Below, in pieces: positions 9,853 through 19,525 of a stretch of 64,000 nt of DNA. Under the pieces are notes generated by a model. That model was not told the DNA's origin and made no database searches. It saw nothing but the letters and a program-made list of their open reading frames with translations. The number at the start of each line of letters is the position of its first letter. Within the stretch, counting starts at the first letter, position 1. The stretch is taken from positions 177,493 to 241,492 of the forward strand of contig LCBT01000001.1 in NCBI GenBank assembly GCA_000997385.1, written 5' to 3'. Made by a program: the position numbers and the translations under genes. Origin of the DNA: Candidatus Daviesbacteria bacterium GW2011_GWA1_41_61. GTDB taxonomy: Bacteria > Patescibacteriota > Microgenomatia > Daviesbacterales > UBA10151.

Positions 9853-11376
9853 TTAAACATTAAGATAATCTTTGATGTATCCCAAAAAGAAGCCGGGGTG
9901 TTTAAAAAAGTTCATGTCTGAAGCTAAAGCCAAATAAAATCTAGGCCTTTGAGTTACATCAATAACAAGATTATTTTTATTAACCTTCACAAATTCTTCG
10001 ACAGCCCATCTAATAATTTCTTTTTTCTCTTTTGGACCCATATTGTCAATTAACGGCGCCGAAGGATCAAGATGGTTTTGGTCACGATATTTCACCAACC
10101 CCTCCGGGTTTTTTTCCTCAACAATTCTAGCCAGTTCTGTCCCTGCAGCCGGAGTAGGAAAATAAGGATAAACAATATAAGGTTTAATCTCTTTGACTAA
10201 ATTTACAGTGTCTTCGATCTCTTTTTTTCCTTCTCCGGGAAGACCAATAATACAAAAGGCTACCATTCTTAGTCCTACTTTATGGAGTAATTTAGCACAA
10301 CGTCTTACATCGTCAACAGTATTGCCTTTTTTAATCAACTGTCTGATCTGGGAGTTACCAACTTCAACTCCAACAGCAATATGCTGGCAACCGGCTTCTT
10401 TAGCCAGCCTCAAAGTAGTTTCATCAACCATCTCAGCCCGTGTTTGAGCCGACCAAAAAATTGGCAGATTCTTTTTCATAAGCAGCCGGCAAAATTTTCT
10501 GGCCCGCTTTTTATCAATGAAGAAAATATCATCACAAACATAAAAATATCTGGTTTTATATCTTTTGTAAGTCTCTTCAATCTCCGCCACCATATTTTCC
10601 GCCGAACGGACCCTCGGCCGGTATCCCATGCTGGTATGGCAACCACAAAAAACACATTGAAAAGGACAGCCTCTGGATCCATAAATTCCCTGGAAAGTAT
10701 GTGGCGGCATCTGCTCATATCCATCCAACAGATGGCGGGCCGGGAAAGGCAATTTATCAAGATCTATTAAGGCCGTCCGGTCAGGATTATGAACAACCTT
10801 ACCCTTAAAATTCTTCCAGCTTAATCCTTTAATTTTGGAAAAGTCATCTTTCCCTTTATCAATGGCCCGGACCAACTCGACCACTGTTTGCTCCGGTTCC
10901 CGCCTTAACGCAAAGTCCATTACTGAAAAATCACCGGCAGTTGATGGATCTATAGCACAATGTAAACCCCGATTGGTACTACCTTCAAAGACAGTCACCA
11001 CCTTAGAGTTTAAACTTTTAGCCATTTTAGCAATTTTATTACCGGCAGTTAAAGTAGTATTAAAAACGCTAACAATTAAAATATCTGGATTATATTCTCT
11101 CAAGTAATCTTTAATTTCTTTCCAAATTGGATCACTGTTGCTGTTTAAACGTTTTAAATAGCTATTGTATTGATTAGTTAAAGCAGTAACGTTGATGTGA
11201 TCAGTATTCCCTAAAATAGTCTTTTTCCCGGGGTCATAATCAGCGTTATAAATAAGTGGTTTATACCCTGCTTCTTCTAAAGTAGCCGCTACATAACAAC
11301 AACCCGGAGGATAATGGACCAAAGAGGCATTCTGAAACCGATAAAAAGGAGGGTTAATAATTAAAATTTTTTTCAT
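9853..11376 (-). CDS. Cobalamin (B12)-binding radical SAM enzyme
   Basis: ILIINPP..PPGCCYVAA, LPFPARHL, SRGCPFQCVFC, VCDDIF, GVEVGN, IIGLPGE. Confidence 0.9.
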   Translation of the reverse strand: MKKILIINPPFYRFQNASLVHYPPGCCYVAATLEEAGYKPLIYNADYDPGKKTILGNTDHINVTALTNQYNSYLKRLNSNSDPIWKEIKDYLREYNPDILIVSVFNTTLTAGNKIAKMAKSLNSKVVTVFEGSTNRGLHCAIDPSTAGDFSVMDFALRREPEQTVVELVRAIDKGKDDFSKIKGLSWKNFKGKVVHNPDRTALIDLDKLPFPARHLLDGYEQMPPHTFQGIYGSRGCPFQCVFCGCHTSMGYRPRVRSAENMVAEIEETYKRYKTRYFYVCDDIFFIDKKRARKFCRLLMKKNLPIFWSAQTRAEMVDETTLRLAKEAGCQHIAVGVEVGNSQIRQLIKKGNTVDDVRRCAKLLHKVGLRMVAFCIIGLPGEGKKEIEDTVNLVKEIKPYIVYPYFPTPAAGTELARIVEEKNPEGLVKYRDQNHLDPSAPLIDNMGPKEKKEIIRWAVEEFVKVNKNNLVIDVTQRPRFYLALASDMNFFKHPGFFLGYIKDYLNV

Positions 11377-11394
11377 CAGAGTAACTTTAAAATT

Positions 11395-12405
11395 CTAAAG
11401 TTTTCTCTCTTTAATGTAAAGAGCCAATCCGTCAAAAAAAGAGACCGCTGCTAAAAGATCCCGCAGATATGAAGCATAATAAGCTCTAAATAAATTTAAT
11501 TTAGACAAACCTTTCTTTTTTAAATAAGAAAGAAACGCCGAGTATAGAAAAAAATGAACAGCTAACAAACCAGCCACCAAAATTAAAACTATCTGGCTTA
11601 AAAATAGTTGATTGACAATAGATAAAATAAAAGCCACCATTAAACCTACCAGGCTAAAAAAAGAAGCGCCGATAGCAATATGAAGTTGTTTTCCTTGATG
11701 GTTGTTACAAACTAGTATCTGGGGATTTTCCAAAAAAAATCTGGTTGACTGCTTACCAAAATAATACTGATGCCGCAAAAAATCCTTAAGACTCCGCTTA
11801 AAATGGTGTTTCACCCCGTTATCTTTTAACCACATCACTTTATAATGACGGGCAATTTGATAACCTAAAAACATATCCTCACAAACAGAATATCGGGTAG
11901 GAAAACCCCCTGCTTTCCAAAAACAAAACTTCCGGCAAGCCATGTTGTTAGAAAGAAGAGTCACCGCCTCCCCTTTTCTTTTACGTCGGCGGAAAAATAA
12001 CTCTTCACAGGAAAACCTTTGCCAAAAGCTATCATCTATCCCGGCACTATAACCTCCACCTACTGCCCCAACTTTGATGTCAGAAAAAGGAGCCAATAGG
12101 TTTTTTAACCAATCTTCTCCGGGGACACAATCGCTATCTAAAAAGGCCAAAATTTCTCCCCGGGCTTTCTTGGCCCCTAGGTTTCGGGCCACAGATACTC
12201 CTTGGTGAAAATGTTTTAAAAAAATAAGGTTGTTAATTTTTAATTGAGGTTTAATTTGGTTAAGATAAGATTTCAAATTATCTTTAGAACCATCATCAAC
12301 GATAATTACCTCTCCTGGTTTTAAAGACTGGTTACTAAGCGCCAACAAACACTTGCCGATGGTCAAAGTAGCATTAAAGGCAGGAATAATAACACTAGTC
12401 TTCAT
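11395..12405 (-). CDS. GT2 glycosyltransferase with C-terminal TM segments
   Basis: SVIIPAFN, VDDGS, ARNLG, FLDSDC, CED. Confidence 0.9.
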   Translation of the reverse strand: MKTSVIIPAFNATLTIGKCLLALSNQSLKPGEVIIVDDGSKDNLKSYLNQIKPQLKINNLIFLKHFHQGVSVARNLGAKKARGEILAFLDSDCVPGEDWLKNLLAPFSDIKVGAVGGGYSAGIDDSFWQRFSCEELFFRRRKRKGEAVTLLSNNMACRKFCFWKAGGFPTRYSVCEDMFLGYQIARHYKVMWLKDNGVKHHFKRSLKDFLRHQYYFGKQSTRFFLENPQILVCNNHQGKQLHIAIGASFFSLVGLMVAFILSIVNQLFLSQIVLILVAGLLAVHFFLYSAFLSYLKKKGLSKLNLFRAYYASYLRDLLAAVSFFDGLALYIKERKL

Positions 12406-13381
12406 CTTGTTGACCGGTTAATTTACCATTTAAACCCAATTTCTCTTCAATGACATAGGGAGGACGGTCTTTGCTTTGTGAGTAGATACGGCTAATGTAT
12501 TCACCCATGATCCCTAAAAAAATAAATTGCAGTCCCATTAAAAAAGTGATACTCACAACCGGTGTGGTCCAACCGGGTATAACGCTATTAGAATTGATAA
12601 TTTTTAACATAATTAAAATTCTACTGATTGAAATATAGGCAGCATAGGAAATACTGAAAAAGGAAATTATTAAACCGGCAAAGATGGTCATTTTTAAAGC
12701 CAGAGAAGAAAAAGAGAGCAAGCCATCAAAAGCTAAATGAAAAAGTTTAGCCAGACTATATTTGGTTTTTCCAGCCATTCTGGGTGGCCGGTGATATTCA
12801 ATACCCATTTGCTTAAAGCCAACCCAGGTACGAAGACCGCGGATAAAGGGCCTATCCTCTTTAAATTTGCGCATTTGAGCCACCACTTTTTTATCCATCA
12901 GACAAAAGTCTCCAGCATCTAAAGGAATATTTTTTAAAGGAGACATCTTTAAAAGTAACCGGTAAAACGCTTTATAGCAGATCTTTTTTAGCCACATCTC
13001 CTCACGATCTTCCCTTATTCCATAAATTACCTTAAAACCCTGGCGCCATTTTGCCAACATCTGGGGAATAATTTCCGGCGGGTCCTGTAAATCAGCATCC
13101 ATCACGACCACTGGATTGCCGTGAGCATATTTTAACCCGGCTACAATAGCAATCTGATGGCCAAAATTACGGGCAAAAGAGATAATTTTTACCCGGGGAT
13201 CTTTCTTTCGCAGCTTCTTTAAAATAGATAAAGTATTATCAAAGCTACCGTCGTTGATACAAATCAGTTCAAAATTAGCTCCAATTTTTTTACAGATACT
13301 CAAGATTCTTGCATAAAGTATGCCAGCGCATTCTTGTTCATTGTACATCGGTACCACAAAGGAGATAAAAAGACTTTTCAT
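12395..13381 (-). CDS. GtrB/ArnC-like polyprenol-phosphate glycosyltransferase (GT2)
   Basis: FARNFGHQIA, MDADLQDPP, GDFCLMD, RGLRTWVGF, two TMs, GEYISRIY..RPPY. Confidence 0.92.
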   Translation of the reverse strand: MKSLFISFVVPMYNEQECAGILYARILSICKKIGANFELICINDGSFDNTLSILKKLRKKDPRVKIISFARNFGHQIAIVAGLKYAHGNPVVVMDADLQDPPEIIPQMLAKWRQGFKVIYGIREDREEMWLKKICYKAFYRLLLKMSPLKNIPLDAGDFCLMDKKVVAQMRKFKEDRPFIRGLRTWVGFKQMGIEYHRPPRMAGKTKYSLAKLFHLAFDGLLSFSSLALKMTIFAGLIISFFSISYAAYISISRILIMLKIINSNSVIPGWTTPVVSITFLMGLQFIFLGIMGEYISRIYSQSKDRPPYVIEEKLGLNGKLTGQQDED

Positions 13382-13388
13382 CGGTTTG

Positions 13389-13397
13389 ATACTATCA
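13389..13397 (-). promoter_or_regulatory. Extended -10 (TGaTAGTAT) 7 nt before ATG 13381; likely promoter of the GtrB/radical SAM operon
   Basis: Minus strand reads TGATAGTATcaaaccgATG. Confidence 0.55.
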
Positions 13398-13415
13398 TAT
13401 TTTTCAAAAAATGCA

Positions 13416-14534
13416 CTATCCCCTTATCTCTTGGACCAATTTAAGGCTTAAACTATTCGACTTATCCCAAGAAAACTTTTGACTCCATTTTAAAGCCCCT
13501 TGTTGTAATTGTTGGAATCTTTGGAGGTCACTAAAAAGAGTTAAAATATTTTCTGCCAAGCACTGCGGATTATTTTGAGGGCATAAAATACCGCTAATAT
13601 CATCTTTAACTGAATCTACTAAACCGGCAGATTTATAGGCTATTACCGGAGTACTCATACTGTTAGCCTCAATATTAACCAGCCCCCATCCTTCCCGTAC
13701 CGAAGGGTTAACTAAAATATGGCTGCGGGCTAATAACTCAAATTTCTTTTCTTGAGAGACAAACCCCCAAAACTTAATACTTTTTCCGAGCTTTAATTTT
13801 TTCACCAACTGATTGATTTTAAATCTATACTTTAAAGTTTCCGGACGTCCAATTACCCAAAACTGAAAATCCCCTCTTTTCTTAAGAAGGGAAAAACATT
13901 TTAAAGCATCTTCAATACCTTTATCCTTAGACAAAACCCCCAAAAAAACTATGGTTGTCTTTTTCTCTTTTTGGATAACTGCCAGAGGTTTTTGAACAAT
14001 CACTCCATGGGGAATAACAAAAATATTTTTTAAAAGTATGCCAAATCTGGCGACATCTTTTTTAGCCGACTCAGACCCGGTAATAAAAGGAATGTTTTTA
14101 TAAAGAAGAAAAATTAATGGTTCTCCAAAATAACCAATAATTCCAACCAACCAGTTTAAAGGCCAGGGTAGATGATTTAAAAACCAAACTTTTCCGGCAG
14201 TTTCCTGGATAACCGCCAGTTTAGGAATTCTTATATACAGTGGAGTAAAAAATGGCAAACCATGAAATTGATCTATTACTAAATCAAATTTGCTTCTATT
14301 TTTTAAAAAGTAAATAAATCCGGTAATTTGGACACCGATATATTGGTATCCTTGGCGGATGATATTAATTCCATCAATTGTCTCCTCTTCCGGTAGATTT
14401 TTAAATCTTGAAGAAAAAAGGGTGACCTCATGACCTGCCTTAACCCAACCCTTCATATGCTCATGCATCACCTGTTCTGCCCCGCCAGCCAAAGGGTGTT
14501 TGGGATCCCGCCAGGAAAAGACTAAAATCCGCAT
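13416..14534 (-). CDS. GT4 glycosyltransferase
   Basis: WRDPKHPLAGGAE, KGIED, PSVREGWGLVNIEA. Confidence 0.92.
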   Translation of the reverse strand: MRILVFSWRDPKHPLAGGAEQVMHEHMKGWVKAGHEVTLFSSRFKNLPEEETIDGINIIRQGYQYIGVQITGFIYFLKNRSKFDLVIDQFHGLPFFTPLYIRIPKLAVIQETAGKVWFLNHLPWPLNWLVGIIGYFGEPLIFLLYKNIPFITGSESAKKDVARFGILLKNIFVIPHGVIVQKPLAVIQKEKKTTIVFLGVLSKDKGIEDALKCFSLLKKRGDFQFWVIGRPETLKYRFKINQLVKKLKLGKSIKFWGFVSQEKKFELLARSHILVNPSVREGWGLVNIEANSMSTPVIAYKSAGLVDSVKDDISGILCPQNNPQCLAENILTLFSDLQRFQQLQQGALKWSQKFSWDKSNSLSLKLVQEIRG

Positions 14535-14592
14535 GGAATGATAATACTACATTCAATCTTCAAGCACTAGCATTTTAAATTTCAACACAGCA

Positions 14593-14618
14593 GGGATACA
14601 CATTAGGGGTACACATTA
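14593..14618. repeat. Tandem 13-mer repeat GGGATACACATTA / GGGGTACACATTA
   Basis: Adjacent copies, 12/13 identical, in a 187-bp intergenic gap. Confidence 0.6.
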
Positions 14619-14721
14619 AGGAAGTACTGTTTCTTTAGTGCTATCCTCCAAGAAGACCTTTGGCAATTGTTTGAGGATTACACCAAAATGGATTGCTTCT
14701 ACTAACATACTAGGGGGTATT

Positions 14722-15513
14722 TTAATCTAATTTCATCCGAAAGTCTAATTGTGGGTCAAGCTTCCATCTGGCTTCATTACCATTATTGTAATACCCTAAA
14801 ATTTTTAATCTGTAAAAAACTATCAGGGTATCCCAAATCATTTTTAATATTACTTTCCAAGAAATCTGGCTGGTTCTTCTGTCAAAAGTTACCTCTATCG
14901 GAGCCTCATAAATCCTCTCAAAACCCAAATGTTTGGCTACTGCCAGCATCTCAATATCCATGGCATATTTTTGAACTCTCATTCTTGGTAAAACCTTCTC
15001 CATCACTTTTCTTTTAAAAACTTTAATCCCGCTTTGGGTATCAGTTAAAGGTAATCCGAAGAGGATTTTTACCACCGAATGGTAACCAACGCTAAAGATA
15101 TGGCGAAGCAAAGGGTAGTTGACCCGGGAGGCAGGATGCCTTTTGGAACCCACAACAATGTCAGCATTGTACCACTGCATGTGAGCCATCAACATCATCA
15201 CCGAGGCGGGGCTAATCTCCATACCGGCATCTAAAAACGAGACTAATTCCCCTTCTGATCTGACCATACCGTAACGCACAGCATAACCTTTACCGTGATT
15301 TTGATGGTAACCCACCACTTTCACATTAGAGGATTTAACCTTCTTGGCTTCTTCAAAAGTATTATCTGTCATTCCATCCACCACACAGATGATTTCATAG
15401 CGGAAATCATGCAGGCCTTCTGCCAGTACCCGGTCAATATTTTCTAAATCTTTTTTAATAGTTTTGGCTTGTTTGTAAGCCGGAACAATAATTGAAATCA
15501 GCCCTTTTTTCAT
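14722..15513 (-). CDS. GT2, dolichyl/polyprenyl-phosphate sugar synthase-like
   Basis: SIIVPAY, NHGKGYAVRYG, FLDAG, VVGSKRH, DTQSGIKVF, DIEML. Confidence 0.88.
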   Translation of the reverse strand: MKKGLISIIVPAYKQAKTIKKDLENIDRVLAEGLHDFRYEIICVVDGMTDNTFEEAKKVKSSNVKVVGYHQNHGKGYAVRYGMVRSEGELVSFLDAGMEISPASVMMLMAHMQWYNADIVVGSKRHPASRVNYPLLRHIFSVGYHSVVKILFGLPLTDTQSGIKVFKRKVMEKVLPRMRVQKYAMDIEMLAVAKHLGFERIYEAPIEVTFDRRTSQISWKVILKMIWDTLIVFYRLKILGYYNNGNEARWKLDPQLDFRMKLD

Positions 15514-15522
15514 CGCGAGGTT

Positions 15523-17067
15523 CTAGGTATTATCTGGTATTTCATTTCTTATTTCAATAACTAGCGGTCCAACCTTAACCGATTCTATTAAAGGTAGCTG
15601 CTTAAAACTGTTTTCCCAAAGATGAAGCTCACCTCTAGTGTCCGGCTGTTTGATCAAAAAAACCAAATTAGAATCCGGTGGATTTCCTCCGCTGTTAAAC
15701 TTTTCTTTGTTATTGATATAAGGAGGCTTGCCTGGCAGATAAGCATAATCTTGGGGTATGTAGCCATACTTTTGTAATCCCCGCCACCAAAAAAGATACT
15801 GATAAGGATAGTCGATAACCGAAGGAAGGTAGACATAAACTTTAAAATTTTTCCCGGCTGCTTTTTGGTAAACGTAATCCACTGCCGCTATTTCATGGGC
15901 CAAAATTGTCACATCCGGAGGAGGCTTTCTTGCTCCTAAAGTATCTTTTAAGTTGAGATTAAATATGGCATAGAAGGTAATGGCCAACATTAGGGCGATT
16001 CCTCCCGCTTCCAACAACCCCCTTTTTTGAGTTAATTTACCAACTACTACCGCCAAAAATAAAATAGCTGCTGCCATTCCTCCCCCTAAATGCCAGGGCA
16101 TAAATTTTGCCGGTAGTAGTACCTGACCTATAAACGGTACCAATAAAAATAAGATGATAATTAAAAGCAGTGGTTCTTTTCTGGCTGACTTGTTTTTGAT
16201 AAAAATCACCAAGAAAACTGCGAGAATTATCCCAAACACCTTGACCAGGGGCTGCCAGTTCATGAGGGTACCAGATAAAATGCTCCAGTAAGTAAGACTT
16301 ACACTCTGCAGTCTTTGCCAAGGAAGATAAGCGCTCTGATTAGAAGAGTTGGCTAAAAAATTGAGTACTGATCTGGTCATAAAAAAGCCATGGCGCAGTT
16401 CAAAAAGTAGTTGGGGTAAGAGAGTAAAAGCAAAAGCCCCAAAACCAAAGAGGAATTTTTTGCTTGCCAGTAGTTTCCCTTTACCGGAAAAGACAAAAGT
16501 TAAAACAACAATGGCCGGAATAAAAATCCCAAACGCCATTTCAAAATTAAAAAATAATCCGCCTAAAAGCCATAAAGCTACTCCATACCAAACTACTCCA
16601 CTTTTTAAATATTTTTCCAGCAAGAAGATAAATAACGGAGTTAATAAAATTACCGGGTTGGGATTGAAAGCGTAATGGCTGGCCAAAAGCACATAATCAG
16701 AAGCAATCCATAAAGCTCCGCCACTTAAAACCGCCAGAGGACCAAAACGGTTTAAAATTTTAAGTAAAAAATATCCCCCGATTGTCCAAAAAGCGATCAT
16801 TAATAAAATGCCACCATATGGATCCCCTGAAGTCACCACAAAAGGAATTGCCAAAAGATAGTACCAAAAAGGACCGTTAAAAAATCCTTCCACCCCGGAG
16901 GTTGGACCGATCAGTCTGGGTTTTCCCAAAACTACCATCTCCCGGACATCAACCATATCCCGGGCATTGTCCATATTAAAGATAAAATTGCCATCCCCGG
17001 TAATTGTTAACCTATAGACAATACCAATTACCAGTAAGGTAATGATTAAGAGCAGGCCTTTTTTCAT
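15523..17067 (-). CDS. GT-C fold membrane glycosyltransferase (PMT_2-like)
   Basis: Start revised to ATG 17067 (ATGA overlap with the flippase stop). MDNARD..LIGPTS..GPFWYY, NPNP, many TMs. Confidence 0.85.
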   Translation of the reverse strand: MKKGLLLIITLLVIGIVYRLTITGDGNFIFNMDNARDMVDVREMVVLGKPRLIGPTSGVEGFFNGPFWYYLLAIPFVVTSGDPYGGILLMIAFWTIGGYFLLKILNRFGPLAVLSGGALWIASDYVLLASHYAFNPNPVILLTPLFIFLLEKYLKSGVVWYGVALWLLGGLFFNFEMAFGIFIPAIVVLTFVFSGKGKLLASKKFLFGFGAFAFTLLPQLLFELRHGFFMTRSVLNFLANSSNQSAYLPWQRLQSVSLTYWSILSGTLMNWQPLVKVFGIILAVFLVIFIKNKSARKEPLLLIIILFLLVPFIGQVLLPAKFMPWHLGGGMAAAILFLAVVVGKLTQKRGLLEAGGIALMLAITFYAIFNLNLKDTLGARKPPPDVTILAHEIAAVDYVYQKAAGKNFKVYVYLPSVIDYPYQYLFWWRGLQKYGYIPQDYAYLPGKPPYINNKEKFNSGGNPPDSNLVFLIKQPDTRGELHLWENSFKQLPLIESVKVGPLVIEIRNEIPDNT

Positions 17068-18338
17068 CGTTGTGGACTCTTTTTTAAACCAGCCTGCTCC
17101 CGGAAGGAAAAAAAGTAGACAAACAGTCCGGCAAAAAGCGCTATCGAAACAACTAAGGAAACATTGACTACTATTTCCAGACTTGAATGATAAAACCACA
17201 GACCAATAATTTGGGCTAAAGCAGCCACAAACGGCAAGACCACCACTTTTGTTTGCCCAATAGACAGGTAGAAGTTAACCATCAGTGAAGAAAGTGTTAA
17301 AAGAGTCATAAAAAGACCAAATTGTACCAGCAGCCCAGCAACTTCCAAATAGGAAGAACCAAAAAGAATTGTTACTGAAAGAGAAGGGAAAAGCCAGTAA
17401 ATCAGCACAACCGCCAGTGAAATTAGAAGGGATAAAATTAGGCTGTAAAGAAAAACTTTTTTATAGTCCTCACCTTGGGCATGTCTTTTAGAGATGATGG
17501 GAAACATTACCTGGGCTACCGGTCCGGCTCCAAAAAATATAATTTTCCCTAGTGTCGAAAGGGCAGCATAAATTCCGGCATCATGAGAAGAAAAAAAGTG
17601 CTTGACTAAAACTAAATCCGTTGAATAGAGCGAAGTATTGGCAATAGTGTAAACTAAAACCGGAACGGAGTATAAAAATAGAGACTTTACATTGGGTTGG
17701 GTGGAGGCTTTAACACTGCCTTGAGTGTAATCACTCATAAATTTGATGGATAAAAACCAGGCAATGATTACTGCGCCGATAAATCCAAACATCACCCCCA
17801 AAACAGAAAAACCAAGGTAGACAAAAGCTGCTCCTAAAATCAGCCTTAATCCATATTCACTAATAAGACTGATTGTTAAATATTTAAAACGCAGTAAACC
17901 TTGCAGCACTGCCCTGTTAGCCACAGTTAAGACCATAAAAAGGAAAACTACCGCCGACATGACTATTAAAAGAGGATTCTCAATATTTAAAAAGGATGCC
18001 AAATACGGTGAAACAACAGTAATAAGCACCAAAATACCAAGAGCCAATAGGATAGTTCTCTTTTGTAGCCAGTTGATAAAACCAGTGATCTCTTTTGGGG
18101 AGTGAGCGGCCGAAACAAACCTGACAATCACTAAATTAAAAGACAGAGGGATGATACCCAAAAGTCCGATTAAGGATATCAAAACCGCCAGCTCCCCATA
18201 ATTACCCGGCCCCAGTAGCCGACCCATCACTAAATGGTAGGCGTAATTTAAAAGGTTGGTGACATTACTACCCAAAACCATCACCGCACTGCCGGAAAAT
18301 AAAGGATGGGTAATAAGGTATTTAAATTTATTGATCAT
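17064..18338 (-). CDS. Wzx/MOP-family oligosaccharide flippase
   Basis: Start revised to ATG 18338 (ATGA overlap). GRLLGPGNYG, DLVLVKHFFS..AGIYAA, about 12 TMs. Confidence 0.88.
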   Translation of the reverse strand: MINKFKYLITHPLFSGSAVMVLGSNVTNLLNYAYHLVMGRLLGPGNYGELAVLISLIGLLGIIPLSFNLVIVRFVSAAHSPKEITGFINWLQKRTILLALGILVLITVVSPYLASFLNIENPLLIVMSAVVFLFMVLTVANRAVLQGLLRFKYLTISLISEYGLRLILGAAFVYLGFSVLGVMFGFIGAVIIAWFLSIKFMSDYTQGSVKASTQPNVKSLFLYSVPVLVYTIANTSLYSTDLVLVKHFFSSHDAGIYAALSTLGKIIFFGAGPVAQVMFPIISKRHAQGEDYKKVFLYSLILSLLISLAVVLIYWLFPSLSVTILFGSSYLEVAGLLVQFGLFMTLLTLSSLMVNFYLSIGQTKVVVLPFVAALAQIIGLWFYHSSLEIVVNVSLVVSIALFAGLFVYFFSFREQAGLKKSPQR

Positions 18339-19513
18339 GCAACCCAATACCCCCTTAAGAAAAGAGCTGTCTCGACAAGTAATCCTCCCAGAAAAAATAG
18401 CATTATTAAATATCTAAAAAGTTTCGGTATATTAGTAATGAAAAGAGCCAGTAACAAAAAGCTGGGGAATAATATTATGACATAACGGGGTAAAGAGGAA
18501 AAACTCCCCGGGAGAGTTGGAAGAAGTAAACCGCTTAAAGCAAATAATAAGTAAGAAAGTCTGATTTTTTTAAAAAACCCATAAATAGGCAACAAGAAAA
18601 AGGTTACTCCGGTCAAAAATTCCAACACTACAGTTTGGTAAAGAGGATTGGCAGTTTCTAAAGTTAAAAGCATTTTTATATAACGGTAAACTACTTGAGG
18701 GAATAAAATTAAACCTTGTTGATGTTGGGGCCCAACGAGAGTTTGCAGGTTATAGAAAGCTAAAGGATCACCCACACTAGTCCACTGGTAATACATATAA
18801 CTTAAAAGCCCCAAAGGAATAAATAACAGCCAGAAAGATTTGGACAAGGCTGCTTTTTGTTGATAAGCTTCCAGAGCTAATGCCGGCAGCAGTAAGATTC
18901 CAAAAACCCTGGTAGTTGAAGCAAAAATAGCCATCAAAGCTGATAAAAGCCACCTCTTCTTTCTGGCAAAATAAAAGGAGGCTACTGCCAAAAATAAAAA
19001 TAAAGATTCATTGTAAAGGGAAGCAAAATAAAAAGAGGTGGGGAATGAAAGAAGCAACAATACTGTCCATAAGGATATTTTTTGAGAATAATCAATTCTA
19101 ACTAGTTTATAAAGTAAGACTAGGGACATCAGAAATGCCAGGTGGGATATCAAAAGCCCTATTAAAGTAGAGCTAAAAATAGCTGAGAAGATATCACTGT
19201 AAAAAGGGCTGGACAAAAGATCAATTAATTTTGGATATAGAGGGAAGAAAGCTTGCTCTAAATTTTTATAGCCAAAAATAGAGATTGATAAATAGTGTTC
19301 ACCATCAAAATTAGCCCAACCATAAAAAAGGGGTGCCAGTAGATAATTTTCTACTCCCCCGCCCAAGAAACGGTCAGTGGAACCTAATGGTACAATGGCC
19401 ACTGCCAAAAAGGCAACAAGACTCAGTATTATTCTCCAGCCCAAGAACACTCCTATGATGGTAAAAAAATATTCTGTGGTGTTTCTTTTGAAAAAAGAGA
19501 TTAAGCTGCTCAT
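18335..19513 (-). CDS. GT-C mannosyltransferase-like protein (PIG-V/Mannosyl_trans2-like)
   Basis: WANFDGEHY, AFFPLYP, YNESLFL, TRVFG, SLPRY. Confidence 0.85.
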   Translation of the reverse strand: MSSLISFFKRNTTEYFFTIIGVFLGWRIILSLVAFLAVAIVPLGSTDRFLGGGVENYLLAPLFYGWANFDGEHYLSISIFGYKNLEQAFFPLYPKLIDLLSSPFYSDIFSAIFSSTLIGLLISHLAFLMSLVLLYKLVRIDYSQKISLWTVLLLLSFPTSFYFASLYNESLFLFLAVASFYFARKKRWLLSALMAIFASTTRVFGILLLPALALEAYQQKAALSKSFWLLFIPLGLLSYMYYQWTSVGDPLAFYNLQTLVGPQHQQGLILFPQVVYRYIKMLLTLETANPLYQTVVLEFLTGVTFFLLPIYGFFKKIRLSYLLFALSGLLLPTLPGSFSSLPRYVIILFPSFLLLALFITNIPKLFRYLIMLFFLGGLLVETALFLRGYWVA

Positions 19514-19525
19514 TGGTTACATTAT

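Noticed and set aside
5275-13415. RiPP interpretation of the radical SAM cluster
   Set aside because: No intergenic room for a precursor peptide and no PqqD/RRE domain, peptidase or ABC exporter seen; the neighbours are glycosylation genes.
17068-17199. Extended N-termini given by the ORF track (also at 18347, 23060, 46323, 49197, 56417)
   Set aside because: They run well into the upstream gene. Downstream ATGs give ATGA-type coupling or N-termini matching the paralogs.
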